This document shows, piece by piece, positions 27,329-36,937 of a stretch of 64,000 nucleotides of DNA; positions within the stretch are counted from its first letter, which is position 1; the number at the start of each line of letters is the position of its first letter. A model generated the notes under the pieces. It was not told where the DNA came from. It was given only the letters and a program-made list of their open reading frames with translations, and did no database searches. The translations under genes and the position numbers were made by a program. Source of the DNA: Saccharofermentanales bacterium (GTDB taxonomy: Bacteria > Bacillota > Clostridia > Saccharofermentanales > DTU023); NCBI GenBank assembly GCA_050945515.1, contig JBMNTB010000002.1, positions 9,431 through 73,430 on the forward strand, given 5' to 3'.

Positions 27329-29149
27329 ATGCCTTTCAGAAACCATCTAAGTTATTATTTGCGCTACCTGACAGGTCCGTTCTTGTTCCTGATTGCTTTT
27401 TTGTTACTAATACGGGTTTGGCGAGCTGTCAGGGTGCAAATGAAAATTTCGGCACAACCGGCAACCTATTTTTTTTTATTGCGTGAAAGCCTAAAAAAAG
27501 AAAGTTTTTTGCCGCAAAGGCTCTTTCATACTAATCTGATTGGAACGGCAAGTTTTGCCGATGTGCGCCTGCGTGACAGAGGCGTCAAAAGGAGACACGC
27601 CCAACTGTTTCTCTATGATGGGGCATGGTTTTTAGAACCTGTTTCCAAGCGCTCCTTGACCTGGATTAATGGCCAGCCGGTAAGTAAAAGAACTAAAATC
27701 CAAAATAATGATGTAATTGGTCTGGGCAGTACAAAGCTGACCCTGGTTGATGATAGAAAATATTTGCCGGATGATGGTCATAAAGATATCTTGGAAAGTA
27801 TTACCACAGCTACAAGTGGCCAAATAGTCATAACTTTGATTCTACTTCATCTGTTTTTTACACTATGTATGGGCATTTTGATCTATTCGCTGCCGGAACC
27901 TTTCCTGCCACATCGCCCTTTTATTGTTGGATATAGCGTTTTGGTGCTGGCAGTGTCCGATCTGATTTTTTTACTCTTAAATTTACTACTCAAAAATTTC
28001 AACAGAGATATTTTTCTTGCTTTTAAAGCTCTATATCTAACAGGTTTTATTATCCAAACAAGGTTTTCTTTTTGGGGATTAAAAACCACCGGCGACAAAA
28101 GAGAACAGGCGATAGCTACACGATTATCAGATTGGCGTCAAATATGTCTGATTATTGTAATAGGTCTCTTGCTTGTCTTAGTCATCAGCTTAATCTCAGC
28201 AAAGACCAGATTTTTAGAAAAACTGGGTCTGATTGCGATGATCGTTACAACTCTGAGTCTGCTTCTGACATTAGTATTGGGACGTGGTCAAAAGACACAT
28301 GGTGCAGGCCTGTGGATCTATATAGGTTCACGCACTATTCAGCTGACGGAGTTTGCCAAAGTGGGATGGTTATTGGTGCTGGCTGCATTTTTTAAGACTA
28401 GGCCACCACTAAAAATCCAAATTCGCTTTGCGATTTGGGCAGCAGTAAATTTTGTTTTATTACTGCTACTGCCTGATCTTGGTTCCGCTATGATTCTCTT
28501 ACCGGTCACTCTGATCGTTTTTGCGGTTATGACTTCGGAGTATCTGCTCACATCATTAGTACTGTTTTTAGGAGCCGGCGCCAGTGTTTTTGCTTATCAT
28601 AGCATGCCGTATGTACAGAGACGGATCTATGGCTGGATCTCCCTGTGGGAAGAGGTTAATCCTCAAAATAGTCAAATTGTCTATGCTTTACAGGCTGTGA
28701 GCAGAGGTGGGATTATTGGTCAGGGTTTGACAAGAGGTGCGCCGGAGTCGATTCCGCTAGCCGCAGAGGACATGGTTTTCTCTATCGTTTGTGAAGAATT
28801 AGGTTTAATCACAGGGATTGCTATTATTATTCTCTTTTTTGCTATCTGGTTGTCAGGTATTACCGCAGTTATGAAAGGGCGGGATGGTTATAGTGTCAGC
28901 CTTACTTTAGCTCTGACAACCGCCTTTTTTATGGAAACAATCATTGCGATTGGCGGTACCACCGGGCTGATACCTCTGACCGGGATTACTCTGCCCTTTA
29001 TTGCTCGCGGCGGCAGCTCGCTGTTGGCTAAATTTCTAATGTCCGGACTCTTGCTGGGAGTGTCTGCCAGAAGAGAAAAAGGCGGTTATCGACGTTCTAA
29101 AACAGATGGAGTTGATACTTCAACTTTAGGCTATTTGTCCAAAAGTTAG
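27329..29149 (+). CDS. FHA domain fused to an FtsW/RodA/SpoVE (SEDS) family peptidoglycan polymerase
   Basis: After TM1, aa 68-140 match the FHA pattern (..VKRRHAQL..WINGQPV..NDVIGLGSTKLTL). The SEDS core follows, with IQLTEFAKV, PLAAEDMVFSIVCEELG and LPFIARGGSS. Confidence 0.85.
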   Translation: MPFRNHLSYYLRYLTGPFLFLIAFLLLIRVWRAVRVQMKISAQPATYFFLLRESLKKESFLPQRLFHTNLIGTASFADVRLRDRGVKRRHAQLFLYDGAWFLEPVSKRSLTWINGQPVSKRTKIQNNDVIGLGSTKLTLVDDRKYLPDDGHKDILESITTATSGQIVITLILLHLFFTLCMGILIYSLPEPFLPHRPFIVGYSVLVLAVSDLIFLLLNLLLKNFNRDIFLAFKALYLTGFIIQTRFSFWGLKTTGDKREQAIATRLSDWRQICLIIVIGLLLVLVISLISAKTRFLEKLGLIAMIVTTLSLLLTLVLGRGQKTHGAGLWIYIGSRTIQLTEFAKVGWLLVLAAFFKTRPPLKIQIRFAIWAAVNFVLLLLLPDLGSAMILLPVTLIVFAVMTSEYLLTSLVLFLGAGASVFAYHSMPYVQRRIYGWISLWEEVNPQNSQIVYALQAVSRGGIIGQGLTRGAPESIPLAAEDMVFSIVCEELGLITGIAIIILFFAIWLSGITAVMKGRDGYSVSLTLALTTAFFMETIIAIGGTTGLIPLTGITLPFIARGGSSLLAKFLMSGLLLGVSARREKGGYRRSKTDGVDTSTLGYLSKS

Positions 29150-29172
29150 AAAGTGAGATTGCATATTAAGGC

Positions 29173-30585
29173 ATGAAACAATTTTTACGCAATCTAAAAA
29201 TTGTATCGATTCTGTTAGTTCTGTTGGTTGCTTTCCTTCTGGTTGGTCTTCTTGTGCAACAAAAGAGGAGCCAGCGAGAACTCTCAGTAGCGGTAGGAGA
29301 GAACAAGCAAGCTTTGAAGCAAAGATATATGCGCGCAGGTAGCATTTACAGTGCGGATGGGGTTCTACTGGCGCACAGCAAAAACGGCGAAAGAGAATAT
29401 GCTGCTGATCCCGCTTTAGCCAGAGCATGCTTACATTTGGTTGGTGACTATACTCATCGCTTGCCTTATGGCATTGAGTCAGTATATATGCCGGAATTAC
29501 TCGGAACGTCACGTTCCTTTTTTACACAACTGTTTCTCGATTTCAAGAAACGAGGTTTTACAGGCGACGATCTGATTCTAACAGTGGATTCTAAGCTTAT
29601 GTTGAAAGCAGACAGTTTATTGTCGGACTATTCTGGAAGCATTGTGATGTTTAATTACCGGTCAGGAGATATTTTGGCTCTGGTGAGTTCACCACGCTTA
29701 TATCCGCAGGATGTTATAGACTGGACCAATATTATTGAGACTTCGTTATTTAACAGAGCGCTTTATGGGCGCTATCTACCGGGCTCTACTTTCAAAATTA
29801 TCCCTACAGCAGCTCTTTTGTCAGATAGCAAGCTTGATGTAACGATGACAGTTGATTGCAAGGGCAAAGAACCTATAGTCCCTGCCGGAGCAAAAGAGAC
29901 GCTGACGCCGAAGGGACATGGCAGAGTTGGCCTGGCTCAGGCTTTCCCTAAAAGCTGCAATGCTTTCTTTGGTCAGTTGGCGGTCGAGTTAGGGCGTGAA
30001 CGCTTACTTGAACAGGCAGAGAACTTTGGTTTTAATCAAGAATTATTTATTGATCGCCTAAAGATTGCCACCAGTACGATTGATCTCACAGAACCAGGTA
30101 TAGGCGCGCTATCTTGGGCAGGTGTCGGTCAACCGATAGGCCGGGACAGGCTTACTCTCAGTCCGGTACATCTGGCCATGTTGTCCGGTGCCATTGCTAA
30201 CGAAGGCGTATTGATGAAGCCTCATCTGCTCAGACAAGAAATTGATCCTACAGGTGTTGCCGGTCGGGAGAGAGAGTCGGAGCAGTATTCTATTTGCTGT
30301 GATCAACACATTGCTAAGGCAATTGAGAAGTTGATGTTAGATACCGTGTCCTCAGGTACCGGTAAAAGAGCATATCGTGACGGATTGAAAATTGCCGGCA
30401 AGACGGGTACAGCTGAAATGATTGATTCTGATGGAAAATCGGTTGTTAATTCTCTTTTTACAGGCTATCTGATTTCAGAAACCCATCCAATAGCCATTGC
30501 TGTTGTGTTAGAGGATGAAAACCGTGCTGCCGCGCAACTGGCCGGTGATTTACTAAGTTATGCGGCGAAACGGGATTTACCCTAA
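29173..30585 (+). CDS. class B penicillin-binding protein (transpeptidase), short PbpA-like
   Basis: An N-terminal TM anchor is followed by SXXK (STFK), SXN (SCN) and KTG (KTGTAE). The protein is 470 aa. Confidence 0.88.
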   Translation: MKQFLRNLKIVSILLVLLVAFLLVGLLVQQKRSQRELSVAVGENKQALKQRYMRAGSIYSADGVLLAHSKNGEREYAADPALARACLHLVGDYTHRLPYGIESVYMPELLGTSRSFFTQLFLDFKKRGFTGDDLILTVDSKLMLKADSLLSDYSGSIVMFNYRSGDILALVSSPRLYPQDVIDWTNIIETSLFNRALYGRYLPGSTFKIIPTAALLSDSKLDVTMTVDCKGKEPIVPAGAKETLTPKGHGRVGLAQAFPKSCNAFFGQLAVELGRERLLEQAENFGFNQELFIDRLKIATSTIDLTEPGIGALSWAGVGQPIGRDRLTLSPVHLAMLSGAIANEGVLMKPHLLRQEIDPTGVAGRERESEQYSICCDQHIAKAIEKLMLDTVSSGTGKRAYRDGLKIAGKTGTAEMIDSDGKSVVNSLFTGYLISETHPIAIAVVLEDENRAAAQLAGDLLSYAAKRDLP

Positions 30586-30616
30586 GGCTATGAATAAATG
30601 TTAAACTTAGTTCAAG

Positions 30617-31216
30617 ATGGAAGTTCCGTGGATGCAATGGCTTCAAGCTGCCAAGGAGGGTGACTCTGAAGCAATAGATCAAATGTTGGAAGCTTTGATG
30701 TCGAGGCTTTATCCCTTATGTCTAAAAATGACAAGCAATTCCTTTGATGCTGAAGATTGTTTGCAGAATTCTCTGATCAGAATTATGAACAGTCTCAACA
30801 GCTTTGCCGGGAAAGCTTCTTTTTTTACTTGGTGCTATCGTATTACCATCAATATCTGCTACGATTTTCTTCGCCATAAGAGTAGACAACAAGAAGATCT
30901 CTGGGCTGAAGACTGCGCAGGATTATCAGCTCAGAATCAAATTCCTGTGAGTGAGGAAGCCGAACGCGCTGAGATTGTGTCAGAGATTCGTGCAGCCTTG
31001 CTATGTTTACCGGAACCTTTTCGGGACACTGTGATTTTGTATGAACTGGGCGGCTTCAGTGTTAATGAAATCGCTACACTGCAGGAAATTCCCGCCGGAA
31101 CAGTCAAGTCTAGATTAAGTCGCGGCAGGGCTCAGTTAGCACAGACGATTCAAGAAAGAGAAGGCAACAAAATATTAAATCCGGGAACCATTCAATCCGA
31201 TCCTTCGTCAAATTGA
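30617..31216 (+). CDS. ECF-type RNA polymerase sigma-70 family factor
   Basis: Region 2 reads FFTWCYRITINICYDFLRHKSR. Region 4 reads LPEPFRDTVILYELGGFSVNEIATLQEIPAGTVKSRLSRGRAQL. The start could be 30617 or 30632. Confidence 0.85.
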   Translation: MEVPWMQWLQAAKEGDSEAIDQMLEALMSRLYPLCLKMTSNSFDAEDCLQNSLIRIMNSLNSFAGKASFFTWCYRITINICYDFLRHKSRQQEDLWAEDCAGLSAQNQIPVSEEAERAEIVSEIRAALLCLPEPFRDTVILYELGGFSVNEIATLQEIPAGTVKSRLSRGRAQLAQTIQEREGNKILNPGTIQSDPSSN

Positions 31217-31252
31217 TGACAGCAATGATTGATAACAGGTGTGATTACAGAT

Positions 31253-32263
31253 ATGAGCACAGATGAGAAAAATATGAATCATCAGCAACAAGGGAGTATG
31301 TCCGTACAGCCGGAGCAGAAGCTGGTTGACCAAGGGCAGTTTTTACTGGCTAAGTTTCGTGCTGAAACAGATGCAGTCAGTCAGCAACCCTTGACAGATG
31401 AACAAAGGAAGCGGATTAAGGCTAATGTCTTAAAGAATATGAATCAACCAACTCTTAATATTGTCGAGACGCAGACACCGAAACCATCAAATTTCGGTCG
31501 GTTATTTCTCAAATATACTGCCCCCGTTGCAGCAGTTCTTGTGCTTGTGCTTGGCTTGATGCAGGTGACAAATTTGTTTAGATCAAAGGATACAGCCCCT
31601 ACTCCTGAAAAAGGCATATTTACAAAAGGCGAAGTATTTTTGGCGCCGGAGCTAGCTGCTGCCGCTGACGATGATGATGCTAGCCGAAATCATCTAATGG
31701 CAACTGAAACAAATTTAGAAGCTACGGAATCACCTGCTGCCCCGGAAGCGGAATATGATGGGGAAGCAAGGGCTGATAATGAAGAATATGCTGATCCGGC
31801 TGAATCGCCTGTTGCAACCGGGACTGGTGCTTTCGACGTTAAAGTAAAAAAAGATTTTGGTCAATGGGACAGTCTCTTTGTACAGATTATGGAGCAAGCT
31901 CAATGGATCCTAGTAAATGATGATCAGATATCTGAGTTACGGAATTCTCTGGCTCAAATCTGGGAAAATAAAGAAATCAATCTAACTATCTATCAAAAGG
32001 ATTCGCTTGCTCAAACTGCCCGGCTGGGATATTTATGTTTATCAATTGACTATTCTGATGAACAAACGTCTTATATAGTTCAGACTGAGTCTCTTCTGGA
32101 GGAAAAAGGCTGGTCATTTGATCTTATCGAAAACAGCGATGATATGCTTGAATTTCTCTCATCTACTGAGGCACAATTGAAACAGATAGCTGATCAGATT
32201 GTGGATGCTGCCAACTGGACTGAGCCCGGGAATCATATTCTAATCTGGCTGCTGGCAAAATAG
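31253..32263 (+). CDS. single-pass membrane protein, candidate cognate anti-sigma factor
   Basis: It lies directly downstream of the ECF sigma gene. A cytoplasmic N-terminus is followed by one TM segment (YTAPVAAVLVLVLGLMQV) and an acidic extracytoplasmic region. It has no Cys, so it is not a ZAS-type anti-sigma. I prefer the ATG at 31253 over the track's TTG at 31229. Confidence 0.45.
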   Translation: MSTDEKNMNHQQQGSMSVQPEQKLVDQGQFLLAKFRAETDAVSQQPLTDEQRKRIKANVLKNMNQPTLNIVETQTPKPSNFGRLFLKYTAPVAAVLVLVLGLMQVTNLFRSKDTAPTPEKGIFTKGEVFLAPELAAAADDDDASRNHLMATETNLEATESPAAPEAEYDGEARADNEEYADPAESPVATGTGAFDVKVKKDFGQWDSLFVQIMEQAQWILVNDDQISELRNSLAQIWENKEINLTIYQKDSLAQTARLGYLCLSIDYSDEQTSYIVQTESLLEEKGWSFDLIENSDDMLEFLSSTEAQLKQIADQIVDAANWTEPGNHILIWLLAK

Positions 32264-32286
32264 TTCCTGAAGAAAGAGGTAATACT

Positions 32287-34956
32287 GTGACAGACAAGAC
32301 CGTAATGCTGCTTGATGGCAACAGTCTAATGAACCGTGCTTATTACGGTTTAGCTGGGCGTCAAAATCTTAATGCAGCTGACGGTACCCCTACCGGAGCC
32401 GTCTATGCCTTTTTAAATATGTTTTTGCGTTACCGCGACCTGATTCAGCCGGATCTGGTATTTGCCTTATTTGACCGTCCTGAACCGACATTTAGACATG
32501 AGGTATATAGCGAATATAAAGGCGACCGCAAGAAAATGCCGGATGAATTGGCCATGCAAATGCCACTAGCCAAAGAGCTTCTTGATGCTCTCGGAGTCAA
32601 AAGATACGAAGCTCCAGGCTACGAAGCTGACGATCTGATCGGCACACTAGCGCACAAAGCAGTAGCACAAGGTTATGAAGTAACTATTGTTTCCGGCGAC
32701 CGTGATACTTTCCAACTTATTAACGAAAATACGGACGTGTTGATGCCTGTTAGTCGACAAGGGCTCACTCAGCAGGAGATGATTAATCTCGAAGTGCTGG
32801 CCGATAGATATGGTCTGATTCCGGAACAGATTGTTGATTTAAAAGCACTTATGGGTGACAGTTCAGATGGGATACCCGGAATAAAAGGTGTAGGTGAGAA
32901 GACGGCACTGAAGCTTCTCCATGAGCACGGAAATCTGGAAACAGTTCTTGCTAACTCTGGTCAGATCAAGGGGGTGCTGGGAGAGAGAATCCGGGCTGAG
33001 GAGGATATGGCCAGATTGTCTTATGATCTGGCCAAGATAGAACTTGCGGTTCCGATACCGGATTTACCGGAGGATCTTACGGATATAAGTTCTGCGCAAT
33101 CTGATTCTGAGCTGTTACAGTTTTTTCTGCGCTTAGACTTTAAGAGCATGATTCCCAGATTTGGTCTGGAGCAAGCACTGGCTGATTGGAGTGCAAAGCT
33201 GAGACAGGATAGCAACATAACGGCACGAGAAAGATTCGAGTGCAGTGACCAAGAGGAATTCTTGCAGTGTAGCAAGGATCAGGAGATTGTCATTGCCTGG
33301 GAGGAGCATAACGACCATGTGGTCGGTTTGATTTCATCTGAAGGCTGTGTAATATATCTACCCGGCGCAGATGCTGTAGATTTTTTGTCTGAATTGTCTG
33401 ACAGAGAACTAACAATCTGGGACTACAAAAGCTTTCTACGTCAGTTCCAACGTAAATCCTATAAAAAGCCGCCCTTTGATTTAAAAATCGCGGCTTATCT
33501 GCTCGATCAAATGGAGGGTCAAATTCAACTTGAAGCCGTATTGAGTAGGTCTCTGGCTTCTGATTATCAACCATATCCATCTTTAAAGCATACGACCGAT
33601 GCGCAGATTTCATTGCTGGAGGGTGTGGAACACCAGGCTGTCTTGACAGAGGCCGAGCAAAGTCGGATTTTTTATCGAGCGCAACAAATGATCGCTGCCA
33701 GAAACAGGCAGGAGAAAATGGCGGCAGATCTGAAACTGGAGCGATTACTTGCCATGGAGTTTACTCTGGCCGGTGTCCTGGCCGATATGGAGGCAAAGGG
33801 GATCACCCTAGACCAAGCTGAGCTTAAATCTCAAACAGACAGAATGGCTGCAGATATTTCCGTACTTGAAGATGAAATTTTTGCTTTGGCAGGTCACGAA
33901 TTTAATCTGAATTCGCCCAAACAGCTCGGCATAGTACTGTTTGAAGAGCTGGGGCTTCCACCGGGGCGCAAGACAAAAACAGGTCAGTATTCTACAGCTG
34001 CCGACGAGCTGGAAGCTTTGAAGTTCAGCCATCAGATTATACCTTTAATACTTGAGCATCGGAGTTTATCTAAATTAAAATCTACTTTTCTCGATGGTTT
34101 AAGCCTGGCTGTTGATGCAGATGGCCGCGTGCGCACAAGCTATCATCAGACGTTGACTTCTACCGGTCGTTTGTCCAGCTCAAATCCTAATCTTCAGAAC
34201 ATTCCGATCCGTACTAAACGGGGGCGAGAAATCCGCAATGTCTTTGTGGCTGCTCCCGGTTATATTTTGCTTGATGCCGATTACGCGCAAATTGAGCTTA
34301 GACTTCTGGCTCATTTATCTCAGGATCCGAATTTGCTGCAGGCTTTTGCCGATAATATTGATGTACATAAAGCAACAGCCAGTTCTCTTTTTTCTGTGCC
34401 TGTGACAGAGGTAAATTCTGAGCAAAGGGATATCGCTAAGACGGTCAACTTCAGCATTGTGTACGGCATCAGTGACTTTGGTTTGGCTCGTGATCTGGGT
34501 ATATCTATCGGCAAGGCCCATGACTATATTGCTGCCTATGATACACGGTATCAGAAAGTTAGAGAATGGTTGAATAATACAATTAAGCTAGCATACGACC
34601 AGGGTTATGTTGAAACTTTATTAGGACGAAGACGCTATATTACAGAACTAAAGTCTTCCGATACAAATGTGAGAAACTTCGGGGAACGAGCCGCGGCTAA
34701 TGCTCCGGTTCAAGGAACTGCTGCAGACCTGATCAAAATTGCGATGGTACGGATCCATGATGCCTTCATTGAAAATAATTTGGATGCCTATCTGGTTTTA
34801 CAAGTCCATGATGAATTATTAGTTGAAGCATCTCTCCAAGATGCCGAGGCCGCAGCTAAGATTTTGCATGATAACATGGTTGAAGCAATGTCCCTCTCTG
34901 TTCCTCTGGTTGCTGAAGTGGCCCGCGGGCAAAGCTGGGGAGAGGTTAAGGCGTAG
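32287..34956 (+). CDS. polA: DNA polymerase I
   Basis: It has a 5' nuclease domain (LLDGNSL..YKGDRK, GIPGIKGVGEKTA) and polymerase motifs (LLDADYAQIELRLLAH, RDIAKTVNFSIVYG, LQVHDELL). GTG start with AAGAGG upstream. Confidence 0.97.
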   Translation: MTDKTVMLLDGNSLMNRAYYGLAGRQNLNAADGTPTGAVYAFLNMFLRYRDLIQPDLVFALFDRPEPTFRHEVYSEYKGDRKKMPDELAMQMPLAKELLDALGVKRYEAPGYEADDLIGTLAHKAVAQGYEVTIVSGDRDTFQLINENTDVLMPVSRQGLTQQEMINLEVLADRYGLIPEQIVDLKALMGDSSDGIPGIKGVGEKTALKLLHEHGNLETVLANSGQIKGVLGERIRAEEDMARLSYDLAKIELAVPIPDLPEDLTDISSAQSDSELLQFFLRLDFKSMIPRFGLEQALADWSAKLRQDSNITARERFECSDQEEFLQCSKDQEIVIAWEEHNDHVVGLISSEGCVIYLPGADAVDFLSELSDRELTIWDYKSFLRQFQRKSYKKPPFDLKIAAYLLDQMEGQIQLEAVLSRSLASDYQPYPSLKHTTDAQISLLEGVEHQAVLTEAEQSRIFYRAQQMIAARNRQEKMAADLKLERLLAMEFTLAGVLADMEAKGITLDQAELKSQTDRMAADISVLEDEIFALAGHEFNLNSPKQLGIVLFEELGLPPGRKTKTGQYSTAADELEALKFSHQIIPLILEHRSLSKLKSTFLDGLSLAVDADGRVRTSYHQTLTSTGRLSSSNPNLQNIPIRTKRGREIRNVFVAAPGYILLDADYAQIELRLLAHLSQDPNLLQAFADNIDVHKATASSLFSVPVTEVNSEQRDIAKTVNFSIVYGISDFGLARDLGISIGKAHDYIAAYDTRYQKVREWLNNTIKLAYDQGYVETLLGRRRYITELKSSDTNVRNFGERAAANAPVQGTAADLIKIAMVRIHDAFIENNLDAYLVLQVHDELLVEASLQDAEAAAKILHDNMVEAMSLSVPLVAEVARGQSWGEVKA

Positions 34957-34963
34957 GAATATA

Positions 34964-35599
34964 ATGTTTGTTATTGGAATTACGGGCGGGATAGGTAGTG
35001 GCAAGACAACAGTTTCTGCTTTACTAGCTGAAGCGGGACTGGCTGTAATCAGTGCCGACCGCATCTCACATTCTGTTACCAGTGCAGGAGGCTCGGCCAT
35101 TTCTGAGCTGGAAGCCGTCTTTGGCTCTAATTATATTGATGATACTGGAGCGCTTAAGAGAAAGCTGACAGCAGAGCTGGTATTTACGGATAAACAGGCG
35201 CTGAATGAACTTAATCGGATCGTACATAGACATGTTCTCGAACAGATAAGTAGCGAGCTGGATCTTCTCACTGAGAAGAAAGTTCAGGCTGCAGTACTTG
35301 ATGTACCGATCCCTGTGCGTCAAGGTTTTTTAGATCGCTGTGATGTGATTTATACAGTCTGGGCGGATGATGATATTCGATTGTTAAGGCTGTCGAAAAG
35401 AGGGCTCTCAGGAACTGAGGCCAGACAAAGAATTGCGGTACAAATGACCAGGGAAGAATATCTAGCACTTTCTACAGGTGAGCTGGTGAATAATGACACA
35501 GTGAAAGAGCTTCGCTTACAGGTTGAAGAATTAATGGAACGAGAATTAAAGCCGAGAGGCATCAGATATAAAAGTCTTCTATCAAGTAAAATCGAGTAG
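34964..35599 (+). CDS. coaE: dephospho-CoA kinase
   Basis: MFVIGITGGIGSGKTTV is the canonical CoaE N-terminal P-loop. The upstream part of track ORF 34823.. overlaps polA and is rejected. Confidence 0.9.
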   Translation: MFVIGITGGIGSGKTTVSALLAEAGLAVISADRISHSVTSAGGSAISELEAVFGSNYIDDTGALKRKLTAELVFTDKQALNELNRIVHRHVLEQISSELDLLTEKKVQAAVLDVPIPVRQGFLDRCDVIYTVWADDDIRLLRLSKRGLSGTEARQRIAVQMTREEYLALSTGELVNNDTVKELRLQVEELMERELKPRGIRYKSLLSSKIE

Positions 35600-35637
35600 T
35601 CCGGTCAGTGAACTATTATCCAGTATCTAAAAATCTC

Positions 35638-36714
35638 CTAGACATTGAAACGAAATAAGATGATATCACCGTCCTGTACGATATAATCTTTGCCTTCCGA
35701 GCGGTATTTACCCTTTTCTTTGACTGCATTAATGGTTCCGTATTGCAGCAGATCCTCAAAAGCGGTTACTTCAGCTCGAATGAAACCGCGTTCAAAATCG
35801 CTGTGGATTTTTCCTGCCGCCTGCGGTGCTTTCGTACCTTTGGAGATCGTCCAGGCACGAACTTCTTTCGAGCCGCCTGCAGTAAAAAAGGAAAGCAGAT
35901 TCAGGAGTTTGTAGCCCGCCTGGATAATTTGTTTTTGACCGGTTATTGACAATCCCAGCTCTGCACTGAAAAGCTGGCGCTCTTCCTCAGCTAAATCGGC
36001 AATTTCTGCCTCTATCTCGGCGCTGATGATTATAAGTTCTGCCTGCTCTTCAGCAACTTTGTTTTGTAAAGCTTCAAGCTCTCTATAGTCACCGCCTAAT
36101 TGTTGTTCATCGGTATTGGCTACATATAGTACTGGTTTGCTGGTTAATAAGTGTAGATCTGTCAATAGAGGCAGGTCAGGAAAACAATGTGCCGATTTGC
36201 CTTCCTCAAGATGGCGCAGCAGGTTGTTGAGTATCTCCAATTGTTCTTTGAAGACTTTGTCTCCTTTAGCTAGTCGGGAGTATTTATTGATTCTTCTTTC
36301 CACATATTCCAGATCGGACAATATCAGTTCGAGTTCTATGGTTTCGATATCACGAATAGGATTGATACTGCCATCCACATGTGCAATATTAGTTCCTTCG
36401 AAGCAACGTACAACATGGATAATTGCATCTACTTCACGAATGCTGGATAAGAATTGATTACCTAATCCTTCTCCTTTGCTTGCTCCACGTACTAAGCCGG
36501 CAATATCTACCACTTCCAGCACGGCCGGTATACAGCGCTCAGGCTGATAAAGTTGACACAAATGATCCAATCTTCGATCTGGCACAGGAACGATACTAAT
36601 ATTGGGATTGATAGTACAGAAAGGATAATTGGCAATTTCAGCTTGTGTTCCGGTAATAGCTTTGAATAATGTACTTTTGCCAACATTGGGCAGTCCGATA
36701 ATTCCCAGTCTCAT
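35638..36714 (-). CDS. ychF: redox-regulated ATPase YchF
   Basis: MRLGIIGLPNVGKSTLFKAIT.., the FCTINPN motif, and the C-terminal TGS-like HSDFERGFIRAEV...GKDYIVQDGDIILFRFNV. Confidence 0.95.
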   Translation of the reverse strand: MRLGIIGLPNVGKSTLFKAITGTQAEIANYPFCTINPNISIVPVPDRRLDHLCQLYQPERCIPAVLEVVDIAGLVRGASKGEGLGNQFLSSIREVDAIIHVVRCFEGTNIAHVDGSINPIRDIETIELELILSDLEYVERRINKYSRLAKGDKVFKEQLEILNNLLRHLEEGKSAHCFPDLPLLTDLHLLTSKPVLYVANTDEQQLGGDYRELEALQNKVAEEQAELIIISAEIEAEIADLAEEERQLFSAELGLSITGQKQIIQAGYKLLNLLSFFTAGGSKEVRAWTISKGTKAPQAAGKIHSDFERGFIRAEVTAFEDLLQYGTINAVKEKGKYRSEGKDYIVQDGDIILFRFNV

Positions 36715-36937
36715 TCAGTCCTCCGACAATTATTGTGTCCTATTTCTATGTAGCCGCTGGTTCCGGCCTTGTATTAAAAACTTTAGCAATTATTACTGCA
36801 AAGTTCCACCTTAGGATTATATCAAGCACAACGTCTGTTGTGAATTGCAGCTGATTGCTGACTTTTGCAGTATCAATTGCCAATGACTGTCTGAATTATT
36901 TTGCATATTGAGAGCAGATATTCCTGAGGAGGACAAA

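Noticed and set aside
30540-30616. ECF-type autoregulatory promoter (GAAC-N16/17-CGT) upstream of the sigma gene
   Set aside because: gaaac/gaaaac strings exist in the PBP 3' end, but none has a correctly spaced CGT-type -10.
34823-34963. N-terminal extension of coaE in the ORF track (overlapping polA by 134 nt)
   Set aside because: The CoaE family begins at the MxxIGxTGGIGSGKS P-loop, and ATG 34964 gives exactly that. The extension is out-of-frame polA sequence.
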